DNA from: Patescibacteria group bacterium
Lineage (GTDB): Bacteria > Patescibacteriota > Minisyncoccia > Phycocordibacterales > UBA9973
Length of the DNA stretch: 64,000 nucleotides
Assembly: GCA_038063535.1 (NCBI GenBank)
Contig: JBBTUV010000002.1
Coordinates: forward strand, 4,723-68,722
Reading direction: 5' to 3'
The translations under genes and the position numbers were made by a program. Below, piece by piece: positions 42,468-51,550 of this stretch; position 1 is the stretch's first letter; every line of letters begins with the position of its first letter. Below the pieces are notes generated by a model, which worked only from the letters and a program-made list of their open reading frames with translations, had not been told where the DNA came from and searched no databases.

Positions 42468-44090
42468 CTAGGCGAGGTGCGAGTGTTTCTCCCGCAGAGT
42501 CGGGATATAGAGTTTCTCGATATACTCCCGGAGCACACGGGCGGTGGAGAAATTCTTCAGTATCGTCTCCCGAGCGCTCTCCATTTTTTTTCTCCACTCT
42601 GCTTTATCTCGGTAAGCGGGCACGATTTCTCTTTCGAGGGTCAAAAGTAGCGCGGCGGCACTGCGCGGATCGTCCACCACCCAACCGATGTCGGCCGGTT
42701 CTACCTCGGCCACCCAGCCGTCGCGGGTAGTGAGTGCAAGCACGCCGTTCAATGCCGCCTTCATTCCACTCGTCCCGCAGGCTTCATACCCAGGAACGGG
42801 AGTGTTCAGCCAGATGTCTGAACCGGCGACGAGCATCTCCGCAAGATCGGTGCTCCAGTTCGGAAGAAAAACGGCCGTGCCACGGAGCTTACCCTCGATT
42901 ATCTTTTTTATTTTCGCGACATAGGGGTTGCCATTCTCGTCTTCGCTAGTGGGACCAGAGAAGATGAGACGGATGGGCACGGAGGAGCTCTTCGCTATCC
43001 GCAAAATCTCATCGGCATGGTCGAGAAGAAGCGTAGGTTGTTTGTATTCCACGAATCTCCTGGCCCAAGAAAGAACAAGGTCTCCTTCTTCCCATGCTTC
43101 GCCGGTTTTTTCTTTTACGAAGGCGAGAAGTTTCTTTTTGTTTTCTTTATGCGCCAAGTCGATCTCCCTCTCGCCTGTTTTGTCCCATCTCGGCAGATAA
43201 ATGCCGTTAGTGATAGATTCGAGTTTCTCTTCCGGCCAGAGAACTTTCGCTTTTTCCGCGTGTAGGCGGCTCACGGCGTTGGCACGGCTTGAGAGGCGCA
43301 GCGCAAGCGCGGTCATCGAAAGAAGGCTCGGCATGTCCGGCCGCCATCCAAGGAGCGAAATATCTTTGCCCGCAAGCCCCATCTCTTCCGCGTACTGCTC
43401 GAGGAACAGGCCTACTTTATCTTCGGCAAAAAGCTCGAGCCCTTCCGGGAGGAGCGTGTGATTCGTAAATACGATGTGCTTGTTCGCATAGCCGAGCGCA
43501 AGCGCAAAATCAGCGAGCTGATGCTCCATCTCGTGCCGCACAAGCTCAAGCGCGATGAGGGCGCTGTGGCTTTCGTTCAAGTGATATACCCCGGGGTGAA
43601 AGCCGAGAGCCTTCAACATACGGAATCCGCCGAGCCCAAGAATTATCTCTTGCTTCAAGCGCAGATCGCGGTTCATGTCATAGAGTTTTTTTGTTATATC
43701 GCGGTCGATCGGGTCGTTCGCCGGGAGATCGGTGTCGAGCAGATACACCCTTGCATCTCCTTCCTGCCACTCCCATGCTCCGATCGTAACCATCCGCTCT
43801 TCTATCACAAGCTCCGCCTGCGCGGAAACTTTTTTCAGATTTCCAATAGGCGCTTTTCCGGCAAGAATACTTTGGCCTTCTTTGTAGTAAAGACCGACGG
43901 CCAAGAGTGGAAATCCTTGCCGTGCGGCTTCGCGCACGTAGTCGCCCGCAAGCACACCTAAGCCTCCGGCATATGTAGGCAAAGCGCTATCAAGCGCATA
44001 CTCAGCGCAAAAATAGGCGACCGGCTTTTCTTTGAACTCGGTATATACTTTCTCTTTCCTAAATTGCTCGAACCATTTTTCGTTATCCAT
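42468..44090 (-). CDS. glgP: Alpha-glucan (glycogen) phosphorylase, short GT35 type
   Basis: FCAEYALDSALPTYAGGLGVLAGD ... EACGTSGMKAALNGVLALTTRDGW (PLP-Lys region). Confidence 0.8.
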   Translation of the reverse strand: MDNEKWFEQFRKEKVYTEFKEKPVAYFCAEYALDSALPTYAGGLGVLAGDYVREAARQGFPLLAVGLYYKEGQSILAGKAPIGNLKKVSAQAELVIEERMVTIGAWEWQEGDARVYLLDTDLPANDPIDRDITKKLYDMNRDLRLKQEIILGLGGFRMLKALGFHPGVYHLNESHSALIALELVRHEMEHQLADFALALGYANKHIVFTNHTLLPEGLELFAEDKVGLFLEQYAEEMGLAGKDISLLGWRPDMPSLLSMTALALRLSSRANAVSRLHAEKAKVLWPEEKLESITNGIYLPRWDKTGEREIDLAHKENKKKLLAFVKEKTGEAWEEGDLVLSWARRFVEYKQPTLLLDHADEILRIAKSSSVPIRLIFSGPTSEDENGNPYVAKIKKIIEGKLRGTAVFLPNWSTDLAEMLVAGSDIWLNTPVPGYEACGTSGMKAALNGVLALTTRDGWVAEVEPADIGWVVDDPRSAAALLLTLEREIVPAYRDKAEWRKKMESARETILKNFSTARVLREYIEKLYIPTLREKHSHLA

Positions 44091-44105
44091 TTCTCTCTGA
44101 TTTTT

Positions 44106-45596
44106 CTAGGACCCTCTTTGCTCCGGCTGACCGCCGCGGATCTCCCGATACTTGGCTTTATATTTTTCTATCGTCTCTTCCACTTCCTTGTGCGGTATTT
44201 CCACGCGCAGAAGATCGATCGCGTTTATAGTATCGTAAATATCGAGCTTGTTCTCGAGCTTGTACCTCGCGTCGCGCCAGAGGATCGCTTTTTCGTACTC
44301 GCCTCGCTCGGTGGCATCTTTCTCGAGCCTCTTCATCATATCCACGAACGCATGATACACTCCGCGCTCTGCGCCGCCGCGGCCTTCCGTACGATCTCGG
44401 AAAGGTATGCGCAAGATCGTCTTTTGTTCTTCCATCATCATTCTGATTTTGCCAGTCCTCTGCCAGTTAAACGCGGTCGAGATGATCTTTTCATAGAGGC
44501 TCCGCCCCTGCTCGAGGCTATCCTTTGCAATATCCGGAATAAATCGCAAGGTCTCAAGGAGATTGTATGCCCCGTATTCTATCATCTCGAGGCTCCACCA
44601 GGGTTTGGCAGAGGCCCACCAGAAATGGTCCGAGGCAAGAGCGATATCCATCTTCGCCCGCACCTCTGGGTAGCGAGGGTGACCTTTATCCATCCGGTAC
44701 ACTTCCGAAAGCAGAAGTTCGGTGAATTCCCACTGCCATTTGTGGATGATGTTCTCCGGGTCTTTCCAGGAAAGGAATTGTACGCCCCGCTCGATGTCCT
44801 CTTTACTCGAAGCCCAGGTGGCCGAGGCGGGAACTATCTCATTCTTTTCCCTATAATGCTTCGCCAGGTCGCTCACCTTCACAAGTTCAAAATCTTCGGT
44901 CTTGAATATCTCAAAGAGCATCTTCTCCAGTCCCGGACGGTGATGGCCGAATGTTTCCGCATCCATTGCGGTCACCACATAGTTCCCGCCCGCCAGCTCT
45001 TCGCGCATTGCATCTGCCAGGGTCTCGCGCGAGCGTACTACCGCGCTCATGATCAGATTCGAAAGCCGCCTATCGCGAAAGAACACTTTTAACTTTGAAC
45101 CTTCAACGTTGTAGATTTGACTATAGTCCACTTGCCCCACCTCACCGCCGCAGGAAATCTCATCGAGGATCATCCACTTGAAGCCGAGCTTCTCGACGAT
45201 CGGGGCGAGCTTGGGAAAATACGCCATCTCCGGCGGGAAAAATCCTCCCGGCTCCCAACTGCCGAGATAATTTTTCAAAGTTTCGGTATTCAAATTGATC
45301 TGCCGCTCGATCTCTGCCTCTCCCAAATACGGCAGTATGGGGTGATACTTTGCAGAGCCGGTTATTTCTACTCTCCCCTCCGCTACCAAGCCCTTTATCT
45401 CTTCGATCAGATCAGCGTACCCGTATTTGTGTAAGAGATCGAAGAGCGCTCCGTTTATATTGAGCGAGAGACGCACGTGCCTGTTCTTTTTTATCCCCTC
45501 GAGCACCGGCCGGTAGCTCTGCGCAACTATCGTAGCGAGAATATCCGGCTGCTGGTTGACCGGCTGGTAAAAATGAAGAAAGTTGGCCCAGCGCAT
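44106..45596 (-). CDS. Glycoside hydrolase family 57 protein (alpha-amylase / branching-enzyme-like)
   Basis: N-terminal HFYQP motif and overall GH57-like pattern. It sits between glgP and glgA. Confidence 0.55.
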   Translation of the reverse strand: MRWANFLHFYQPVNQQPDILATIVAQSYRPVLEGIKKNRHVRLSLNINGALFDLLHKYGYADLIEEIKGLVAEGRVEITGSAKYHPILPYLGEAEIERQINLNTETLKNYLGSWEPGGFFPPEMAYFPKLAPIVEKLGFKWMILDEISCGGEVGQVDYSQIYNVEGSKLKVFFRDRRLSNLIMSAVVRSRETLADAMREELAGGNYVVTAMDAETFGHHRPGLEKMLFEIFKTEDFELVKVSDLAKHYREKNEIVPASATWASSKEDIERGVQFLSWKDPENIIHKWQWEFTELLLSEVYRMDKGHPRYPEVRAKMDIALASDHFWWASAKPWWSLEMIEYGAYNLLETLRFIPDIAKDSLEQGRSLYEKIISTAFNWQRTGKIRMMMEEQKTILRIPFRDRTEGRGGAERGVYHAFVDMMKRLEKDATERGEYEKAILWRDARYKLENKLDIYDTINAIDLLRVEIPHKEVEETIEKYKAKYREIRGGQPEQRGS

Positions 45597-45598
45597 GG

Positions 45599-47079
45599 CT
45601 ACTGGCTGAATTGATTAAGCGCCCGGTGAAAAAGTTTTTCGTACTCTCGCGCCGATTTTTCCCAGGAGAAATTCACCTCCATCGCCCGCCGCGCTATCCC
45701 CCGCCAGATCTTCGGATATTTGTAAGTTTCATACGCCCTCATAAAAGTTCCCAGAAAAGCGAACTGGTCGAAATTTTCAAAAACGAACCCGGTTCCCGGA
45801 TCCGCCTCTCCGGCATGGTCATGCACGCTGTCAGCGAGACCCCCGATCTTCCGGACTATCGGCACTACCCCGTAGCGCATCGCTTCCATCTGGGTAAGCC
45901 CACAAGGCTCAAAGCGGGACGGGATCAGGATCGCATCGGCTCCGGCATAGATAGTGTGCGGCAGGATATTGTCGAAGGAAAGATGGGTTGCGACGGTCTT
46001 GAATTTTTTGTTGAGCTCATTGAAAAAGGAAATGTACTTGGAGTCTCCGGTCCCGAGCGCAACCAACTGGAAATCGAAATTGAGAAGCAGAGGTTCGAGC
46101 GTATCGAGGAGAAGATCGAGGCCCTTTTGCTCGGACATCCGCGAAACTATCGCCACCACAAACGCATTCTTGCTCTCTGGTAAATTGAACTTCTCTTGGA
46201 GGATCTTTTTATTTCTTATCTTCGCATCGAGCTCATCGGCGTTGTATTTGTACTCGACATATGGATTCTCCTCCGGATCGTAAAGCTCGTAATTGATACC
46301 GTTCAATATTCCGAAAAGTCTGGAGCGCCGCTCGGCGAGGAGATCGCCCAAGCCCTCGCCGTATTCCGGAGTGGTGATCTCCCGCGCGTAAGTGGGCGAA
46401 ACGGTGGAGATAACGTCGGCAAAACGGATACCCCGACGCATGAAATTCGCTTTGAGCATCCGCGGATCGGTGATCGCGGGAATGGCGGACTGGCCGTCAT
46501 CATAATCAAGCTCGGAAACGTGCCGGTGGTCGAAATTGCCCTGGAAAGAAAGATTGTGAATGACGAATACCGAGCCTATTCTCGAAAGCGCAGGGTCCTT
46601 GGCATAATCGGTCTTCAAATAGTTGGGGATGAGTCCCGTTTGCCAGTCGTTCCCGACGATTATGTCCGGCCGCCATTTGGGAGAGTTCCTCAAGAACTCA
46701 AGCGTACCCCTCGAAAGGAGCGCCCAACGAGCCGGATCATCGTCGTAGCCATAGACACTCCCTCTCTTTTCGAAGTATTCCTGGTTTTCAAGAAAATAAT
46801 TTACTGGCCCGGATCCATCCTTGAAGACCTTTACATTGCAAATGAGGTCTTCCCCCTCCCCGTTCGGCACGTGCAGGCCTTCGAGCTCCATCTCCATTGG
46901 GAATTCTTCGGCGCTCACGGCGGCGTATTTGGGTATCATGATCCGCACATCGTGCCCGAGTTCGGAAAGCGCTTGGGGAAGTGCGTAGAGCACCTCGCCG
47001 AGCCCTCCGACTTTGGCAAAAGGCACAGCCTCGGAGCCGACGAAAAGGATTTTCAAATTATGCTTTCTCGATAATAACA
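45599..47079 (-). CDS. glgA: Glycogen synthase (GT5)
   Basis: KILFVGSEAVPFAKVGGLGEVLYALPQALSELGHDVRIMIPKY. Start taken at MLLSRKHNLKILF (ATG at 47079). Confidence 0.85.
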
Positions 47080-47597
47080 TCGGGGTGATTTTTATAATTC
47101 GGATTTTTAATAAATTCCGGTTTCCCTTTTTTCTCAACCACGTAATACGCAAAACCTCTCATCTTCTTTACCGGTTCGTAGTCCGCATGCTTTGGCGCAC
47201 CTGCGTTGTCACCTGTGTAAACTGGAGAATCGTCAATAGTGACAAGCCAAGACGCTCCGGTGTTCACTCCCAGGTGGCCAGCACGTTTCGGAATCTCAAT
47301 CTTATCGCCTTTTTTGACAAAAACTGCTTTCACCCAGAGAACTCCACCATCAGCAATCGGGCTCTGGAGCATTATGATTCCCTCTCCCGCAAGAACTTCG
47401 TAAGTTTCGATAAAATCCGAGACGTGATAGTGCCCGAAGGTTTTGATATATTCGTCGCCGACGAGACCTGCTGCCCAGACGGTGATGTTTTTCTTTTCCG
47501 CACCCCCGCGGATCATGTAGTAATGCACAGCCGGGCCCTTCGCGCCCGGATCTTTGAGCACTTCGCGCATTTCTTCGTGCCGGCGCTCTGCTAGCAT
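47058..47597 (-). CDS. Cupin-type (archaeal-type) glucose-6-phosphate isomerase
   Basis: TFGHYHVSDFIETYEV matches the cPGI signature T.GH.H....E.Y. About 180 aa, single cupin. Confidence 0.65.
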   Translation of the reverse strand: MLAERRHEEMREVLKDPGAKGPAVHYYMIRGGAEKKNITVWAAGLVGDEYIKTFGHYHVSDFIETYEVLAGEGIIMLQSPIADGGVLWVKAVFVKKGDKIEIPKRAGHLGVNTGASWLVTIDDSPVYTGDNAGAPKHADYEPVKKMRGFAYYVVEKKGKPEFIKNPNYKNHPDVIIEKA

Positions 47598-47992
47598 TCT
47601 TTAATTCTAGCACGCAAATTAGTGCTTGAGTAGTTGTGCTCGCGGGAGTTATATATCACTTTTATGTTCGGCAAATTATCGCGTGCGTAATTGGGCTTGT
47701 CCTTCCAATCCGCCCCCATAAAACGCACGTCGGGATTTAATTTCTTGAGAAGTTCGTAAAGGCCCTTCTCTGTATCATAGACTTCTGTCTGGTCTACATA
47801 CTTGCATCCTTCGAGGCGTATCCTCCTTTCTTCAAGTGTCTCTATTGGCTTCTTTTTATCCGGCCTGTCCACTGAAGGATCAATTTGTAGCCCCACGATT
47901 AAATAATCGCACTGCGCTCGACATTCGCGAAGCATAAGCAAATGCCCCGCATGCAGTAAATCAAACGCTCCGCATGTGAATCCTTTAATCAT
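47591..47992 (-). CDS. Cytidylyl/adenylyl-transferase-like protein (TagD / RfaE-domain-II family)
   Basis: GFTCGAFDLLHAGHLLML is the HxGH nucleotidyltransferase motif. Confidence 0.65.
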   Translation of the reverse strand: MIKGFTCGAFDLLHAGHLLMLRECRAQCDYLIVGLQIDPSVDRPDKKKPIETLEERRIRLEGCKYVDQTEVYDTEKGLYELLKKLNPDVRFMGADWKDKPNYARDNLPNIKVIYNSREHNYSSTNLRARIKEC

Positions 47993-48051
47993 TTGTCTTT
48001 ATACTCTAGCAAAATAAAGCTAAAATAACAAGCCCCTTGACACATTGGAGC

Positions 48052-48080
48052 TTGCATTTTGTAGTGAAATATGATATAAT
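48052..48080 (+). promoter_or_regulatory. Sigma-70-like promoter TTGCAT-N17-TATAAT reading into the GC-rich non-coding island
   Basis: cTTGCATtttgtagtgaaatatgaTATAATcat, with an additional TTGACA at 48037..48042. Confidence 0.4.
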
Positions 48081-48087
48081 CATAGTT

Positions 48088-49075
48088 AGTAACAGGAAGT
48101 TCTTCGTAGTTTCACCCTGCATTGCATGGAGGTGGTAAGCCTATGATTCCACGGTGGTTGAAAGCTGGGCGGAGGAAGAGGGTCCGCCGCTTTGGGTCAT
48201 TCAGGGCTCTGCAGAAATCAGAGCATCTGTTCGATTCAGAACGCGGTAGGGCGGACAGGAAGAAGCTGAAGCAGAGAGGGTCACGGCGGTACCACGGTTA
48301 ACCCCTTTCGGAGGTGTGCAATGACGGAAGAAGCTCGTGCATTACCAAGCAGGGAAGCACGGACCATCAGGAGATCCGTACGGCAGCAGTGGAACAGGGA
48401 GGAGTTTCTTCCTCCCCGGGGTTTTATTCACCCCGATCCAAAAAGGCTCCGCCCTCAAATAGAGGCGGCGGAAGGCCTGGAGCCGGATTTCGCCAGGGAG
48501 GTTGAGTTTCGTCTCCTGGCGAAAAGAGTTCTGGGAACCGGCTCGAAAGGTCCTCGGTCCCGAAGGCTGCTGAGAAAGGCAGCCCGAGTTGGTAGGACAT
48601 TGACGCCAGGTGATCCGCGTCGCGAGGATTTCCGAGAACTCGGTAGGTTGTGGATGCAACTCGTGGGGGAACCCCCACCTTGTATCTGCGAGAACGGGAC
48701 CTCCGAAAGTGACCGGACTGTCTCGAACCCCGGATGTGGATTCTGCGGACTCGAGCGGAACCCAGATGATGACGAGCCGATGATGTAGTGTTGATCGTCG
48801 GTGAAGCAAAGACGAGGCTCGGGACAACGAAATGATCGTTCCGAGCCTTTACATTTTTATGGCGATAAATCGCTATTTTTTTATGTATAAAAAAAGAGAA
48901 GCGAAGGCCGAGCTGAATGCTCTCGAACCTCCGCTCGCCTCCTTCTACCCCGATTTTCCGGGGTGCCCGACTGGGTATGTTGTGCCGGTGGGGTCTTGCT
49001 TGCCGCCATCCGTTCCTTAAGCGGCAAGTTGTTGACAGCCAAATATTTTCTCCGCTCATCTGCCAGCCTCCACTC
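48088..49075 (+). ncRNA. Candidate large (about 1 kb) structured non-coding RNA of unknown family
   Basis: A GC-rich block flanked by AT-rich DNA. All ORFs are Arg/Pro-rich, overlap on both strands, and have no recognisable protein features. Dense perfect hairpins are visible: gggagga-gtttct-tcctccc; ggcgga-ggaagaggg-tccgcc; ggctgc-tgagaaag-gcagcc; gtgggg-gaac-ccccac; cttgccgc-N14-gcggcaag followed by a U-containing stretch near 49037..49075. A promoter lies upstream. Strand and ends are tentative. Confidence 0.3.
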
Positions 49076-49136
49076 GCAGAGAATAAGTGACTGCCGTATG
49101 CCTAATCCAAGATTATATTCTTCCAAATTCCCCTCC

Positions 49137-49164
49137 TTGTCAATTCACTCCGACAAGTTATAAT
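49137..49164 (+). promoter_or_regulatory. Promoter TTGTCA-N16-TATAAT with an embedded CTTGTC-N10-GACAAG inverted repeat, 6 nt upstream of the PP2C ATG (leaderless)
   Basis: cTTGTCAattcactccGACAAGtTATAATttccctATG. Confidence 0.45.
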
Positions 49165-49170
49165 TTCCCT

Positions 49171-50070
49171 ATGACATCCCCCGAATTCGGCTTCCCCAAA
49201 CCCGAAGACCAAGCACCTCTCCCTCCCGGCTCGACAATTGAGGAATTAAGATTTCAATGGGCTGCAGACTTAAGGGCTGCAGAACACCATAAAAAAATTG
49301 AAGACGCACTTATTGCCATGGCAGAAAAAATGGCTTTTGCGGTTTTTGACGGCTCGAGCCAACCGCCAGGGGGAGAGATTGCCGCAAATCTTGCAAAAGA
49401 TCACATAGAAAAATCATTAAGGGAACTTCCTAGTGGTTTATCGATGGAAGAAATAATATACAGATTTAGGGAAATGTTTGCGCAAGCGCACAAAACCATT
49501 TTGGAAGCTTCCGCGACAAATAGTGAACTGAGAGGAATAGCAACCACCGCAACCTTGATGCAAGTGATTAGAGCCCCTGGCGGAAAGAAAAGAGTCGTGA
49601 TAGCCAACGCCGGCGACAGCCGGGTATGCATTCTAAGAAAAGGTAAAAGAGTTCTGGAACAAATAACTCGCGACAATACAGTCTACAACGATATGCTGGT
49701 GGCAGGGGGCAAGACAGAAGAACAAATAATTGAGAATCAGGTTCGGATAAGTAATGTAGCTGACGGAACTACCTTGGAAAAAACCGAACAAAGGCTGCTC
49801 CGCGAGTGGGGAGATATGTTAAGTAACGGGCTGGGAGGCAGTAGTATGGCAGATTTCTCCGCCGTACCAGATATTTATACACCTCTCATAGAAGATGGGG
49901 ATATGGTTCTAATTTTTACTGACGGCGTGGGAAAAAAATATACAGACCAAGACATTGCCCAGATTGTTCTGGAGGAGAAAGACCCTGACCGGATAATAAA
50001 ACGCCTCGTGCAAGACCCTCCTTACCCAGACGATGCTGCAGCTGCTGCCTTGAAGCTTCTTGCGGCGTGA
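49171..50070 (+). CDS. PP2C-family Ser/Thr protein phosphatase
   Basis: FAVFDGSS...GG and VVIANAGDSRVCIL motifs of PPM phosphatases. Start taken at MTSPEFGF (ATG at 49171). Confidence 0.75.
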   Translation: MTSPEFGFPKPEDQAPLPPGSTIEELRFQWAADLRAAEHHKKIEDALIAMAEKMAFAVFDGSSQPPGGEIAANLAKDHIEKSLRELPSGLSMEEIIYRFREMFAQAHKTILEASATNSELRGIATTATLMQVIRAPGGKKRVVIANAGDSRVCILRKGKRVLEQITRDNTVYNDMLVAGGKTEEQIIENQVRISNVADGTTLEKTEQRLLREWGDMLSNGLGGSSMADFSAVPDIYTPLIEDGDMVLIFTDGVGKKYTDQDIAQIVLEEKDPDRIIKRLVQDPPYPDDAAAAALKLLAA

Positions 50071-50083
50071 TATAATTTTCGAG

Positions 50084-50725
50084 ATGAGCAGCAAACTAAT
50101 CTATTTCGTACGGCATGGGGAGAGCGAGCTCAATAGGCAAGGTATCCGCCAAGGGCCGGGCGGCGCGCTCTCCGAGCTCGGCCAGGCACAGACAAAGCTT
50201 GCCGCGAAAAAATTCCCGAGAAAAAGAGGACGGCCCGAGATCATCCTCTCCTCCCCTTTTGAGCGTACGCGGGAGACAGCTGGAATTATCGCGGAAGAGC
50301 TCGGCCTGCCGATCGAATTCTCCGAGCTCCTCGTCGAGCGCAGGAATCCAAGCGAGATCGTCGGGCATACCGAAGCAGAGCCCGAAACAAAAAAGATCGT
50401 GGACTTGATCGATAAAAGTTTTCATGACGACAGCTGGCGATACTCCGATGAAGAAAATTTCACCGACTTGAAAGTGCGCGCCCGAAAACTGCTCGAGTAC
50501 ATCCCGAAAAGAAAAGAAAAACGCATCCTCATGGTCACGCATAAAATCTTCTTGAAGATGATCGTGGCCTACATGCTTCACGGCGAGAAGCTCACCGCCT
50601 CGGTCTACAACACGCTTTCCTTCTTTAACCCCATCGATAACGCAGGGCTCACCATCGTGAAATACGAAGCGCATTGGTTCCGTCCGCCGGAGTGGAAAAT
50701 CCTGGTGTGGAATGACGAAGGATAG
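50084..50725 (+). CDS. Histidine phosphatase superfamily (branch 1, SixA/GpmB-like) protein
   Basis: LIYFVRHGESELN (RHG catalytic motif) ... MVTHK. Confidence 0.7.
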   Translation: MSSKLIYFVRHGESELNRQGIRQGPGGALSELGQAQTKLAAKKFPRKRGRPEIILSSPFERTRETAGIIAEELGLPIEFSELLVERRNPSEIVGHTEAEPETKKIVDLIDKSFHDDSWRYSDEENFTDLKVRARKLLEYIPKRKEKRILMVTHKIFLKMIVAYMLHGEKLTASVYNTLSFFNPIDNAGLTIVKYEAHWFRPPEWKILVWNDEG

Positions 50726-50775
50726 CTAAATGTTATTTGCCCTTGACATTTGGGTAGAAGTGCTAAAATCGAGGA

Positions 50776-51495
50776 GTGGCTTACAGAATGGAAGAAGTGG
50801 GTGTGCCGGTAGTTTTCGGAGGGGGAACTCCATCACATTTCTCCTTTATAATCAAAGACTCGGCCGGAAGGCCCATCAAATATTTCGAGCACGAGCGCGG
50901 GAAAAACGCTTATCTTGCGGTAGTTAAAAAAGATCTTTCTTATTTCCGGCATTATCCTTACCAATTCGACAAGAAGCTCGGGAGTTTCACTATCCCGGAC
51001 CTTTATTTCCCTGCAGAAGGCGACTATCGGCTGGTGGCCGATTTTTTTCCGCTCAATATCAAGGAGGAGGAAGTACCGCACGCAAAGGCGTTTTTCAATT
51101 TCTCGATTGGGGGTCCAGTAGGTGCGAAGCCGCTCGGGACACTCGAGCGGGTAAAATTCGAAGAAATCTTCAAGGTGTCGATGTGGAGCCACCCCGAGTC
51201 TCCGACACCGGGCGAAGTAACGCTTGTCTTCGAGGTTAGGATAGACGACCGGCCAGTCACAACCCTCGAGGAATACTTGGGCGGGTTCGGACAGCTCTCG
51301 ATTTTTGAGACTGAGACACTCGAATTTTTCCACGAGGTGTCGCAGAAAAGCCGCAACCCCTCAAGCGAGGCGGTGGCCGGGCAGATAGAATTTAAGGTGA
51401 AATTTCCTGCAAGCGGAATTTACAAGATGTTCCTCGAGTTCAAATTCAAGGAGAATATCACCATCACGCCCTTTTTGATCAAAGTGAAGAGATAA
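50776..51495 (+). CDS. Hypothetical protein
   Basis: 239-aa ORF with no recognised motifs and ordinary composition. Confidence 0.4.
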   Translation: MAYRMEEVGVPVVFGGGTPSHFSFIIKDSAGRPIKYFEHERGKNAYLAVVKKDLSYFRHYPYQFDKKLGSFTIPDLYFPAEGDYRLVADFFPLNIKEEEVPHAKAFFNFSIGGPVGAKPLGTLERVKFEEIFKVSMWSHPESPTPGEVTLVFEVRIDDRPVTTLEEYLGGFGQLSIFETETLEFFHEVSQKSRNPSSEAVAGQIEFKVKFPASGIYKMFLEFKFKENITITPFLIKVKR

Positions 51496-51550
51496 TCAAA
51501 GACCTATGAAAAGGTGATTTTTTTACCGGCAGGCGCTATGATTATCTTGC

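Noticed and set aside
48300-49060. Protein-coding interpretation of ORFs 48321..48788 (+), 48342..48827 (-) and 48424..49059 (-)
   Set aside because: Mutually overlapping on both strands, extremely Arg/Pro/Gly-rich with no motifs, embedded in hairpin-dense GC-rich DNA. More consistent with a structured RNA or decayed sequence.
48088-49075. Assigning the GC-rich island to RNase P RNA, tmRNA, SRP RNA or 5S rRNA
   Set aside because: I looked on both strands for GGAAAGUCCGGGC and ACAGAAnCCGGCUUA (RNase P), a tRNA-like 3' end or tag ORF (tmRNA), a GNRA-capped helix 8 (SRP) and the 5S loop motifs. Only loose resemblances were found, for example AUAGGCUUACC and a GGUCC...GAAGG...AAGGCAG stretch that folds as a simple hairpin. 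No confident call is possible without covariance models.
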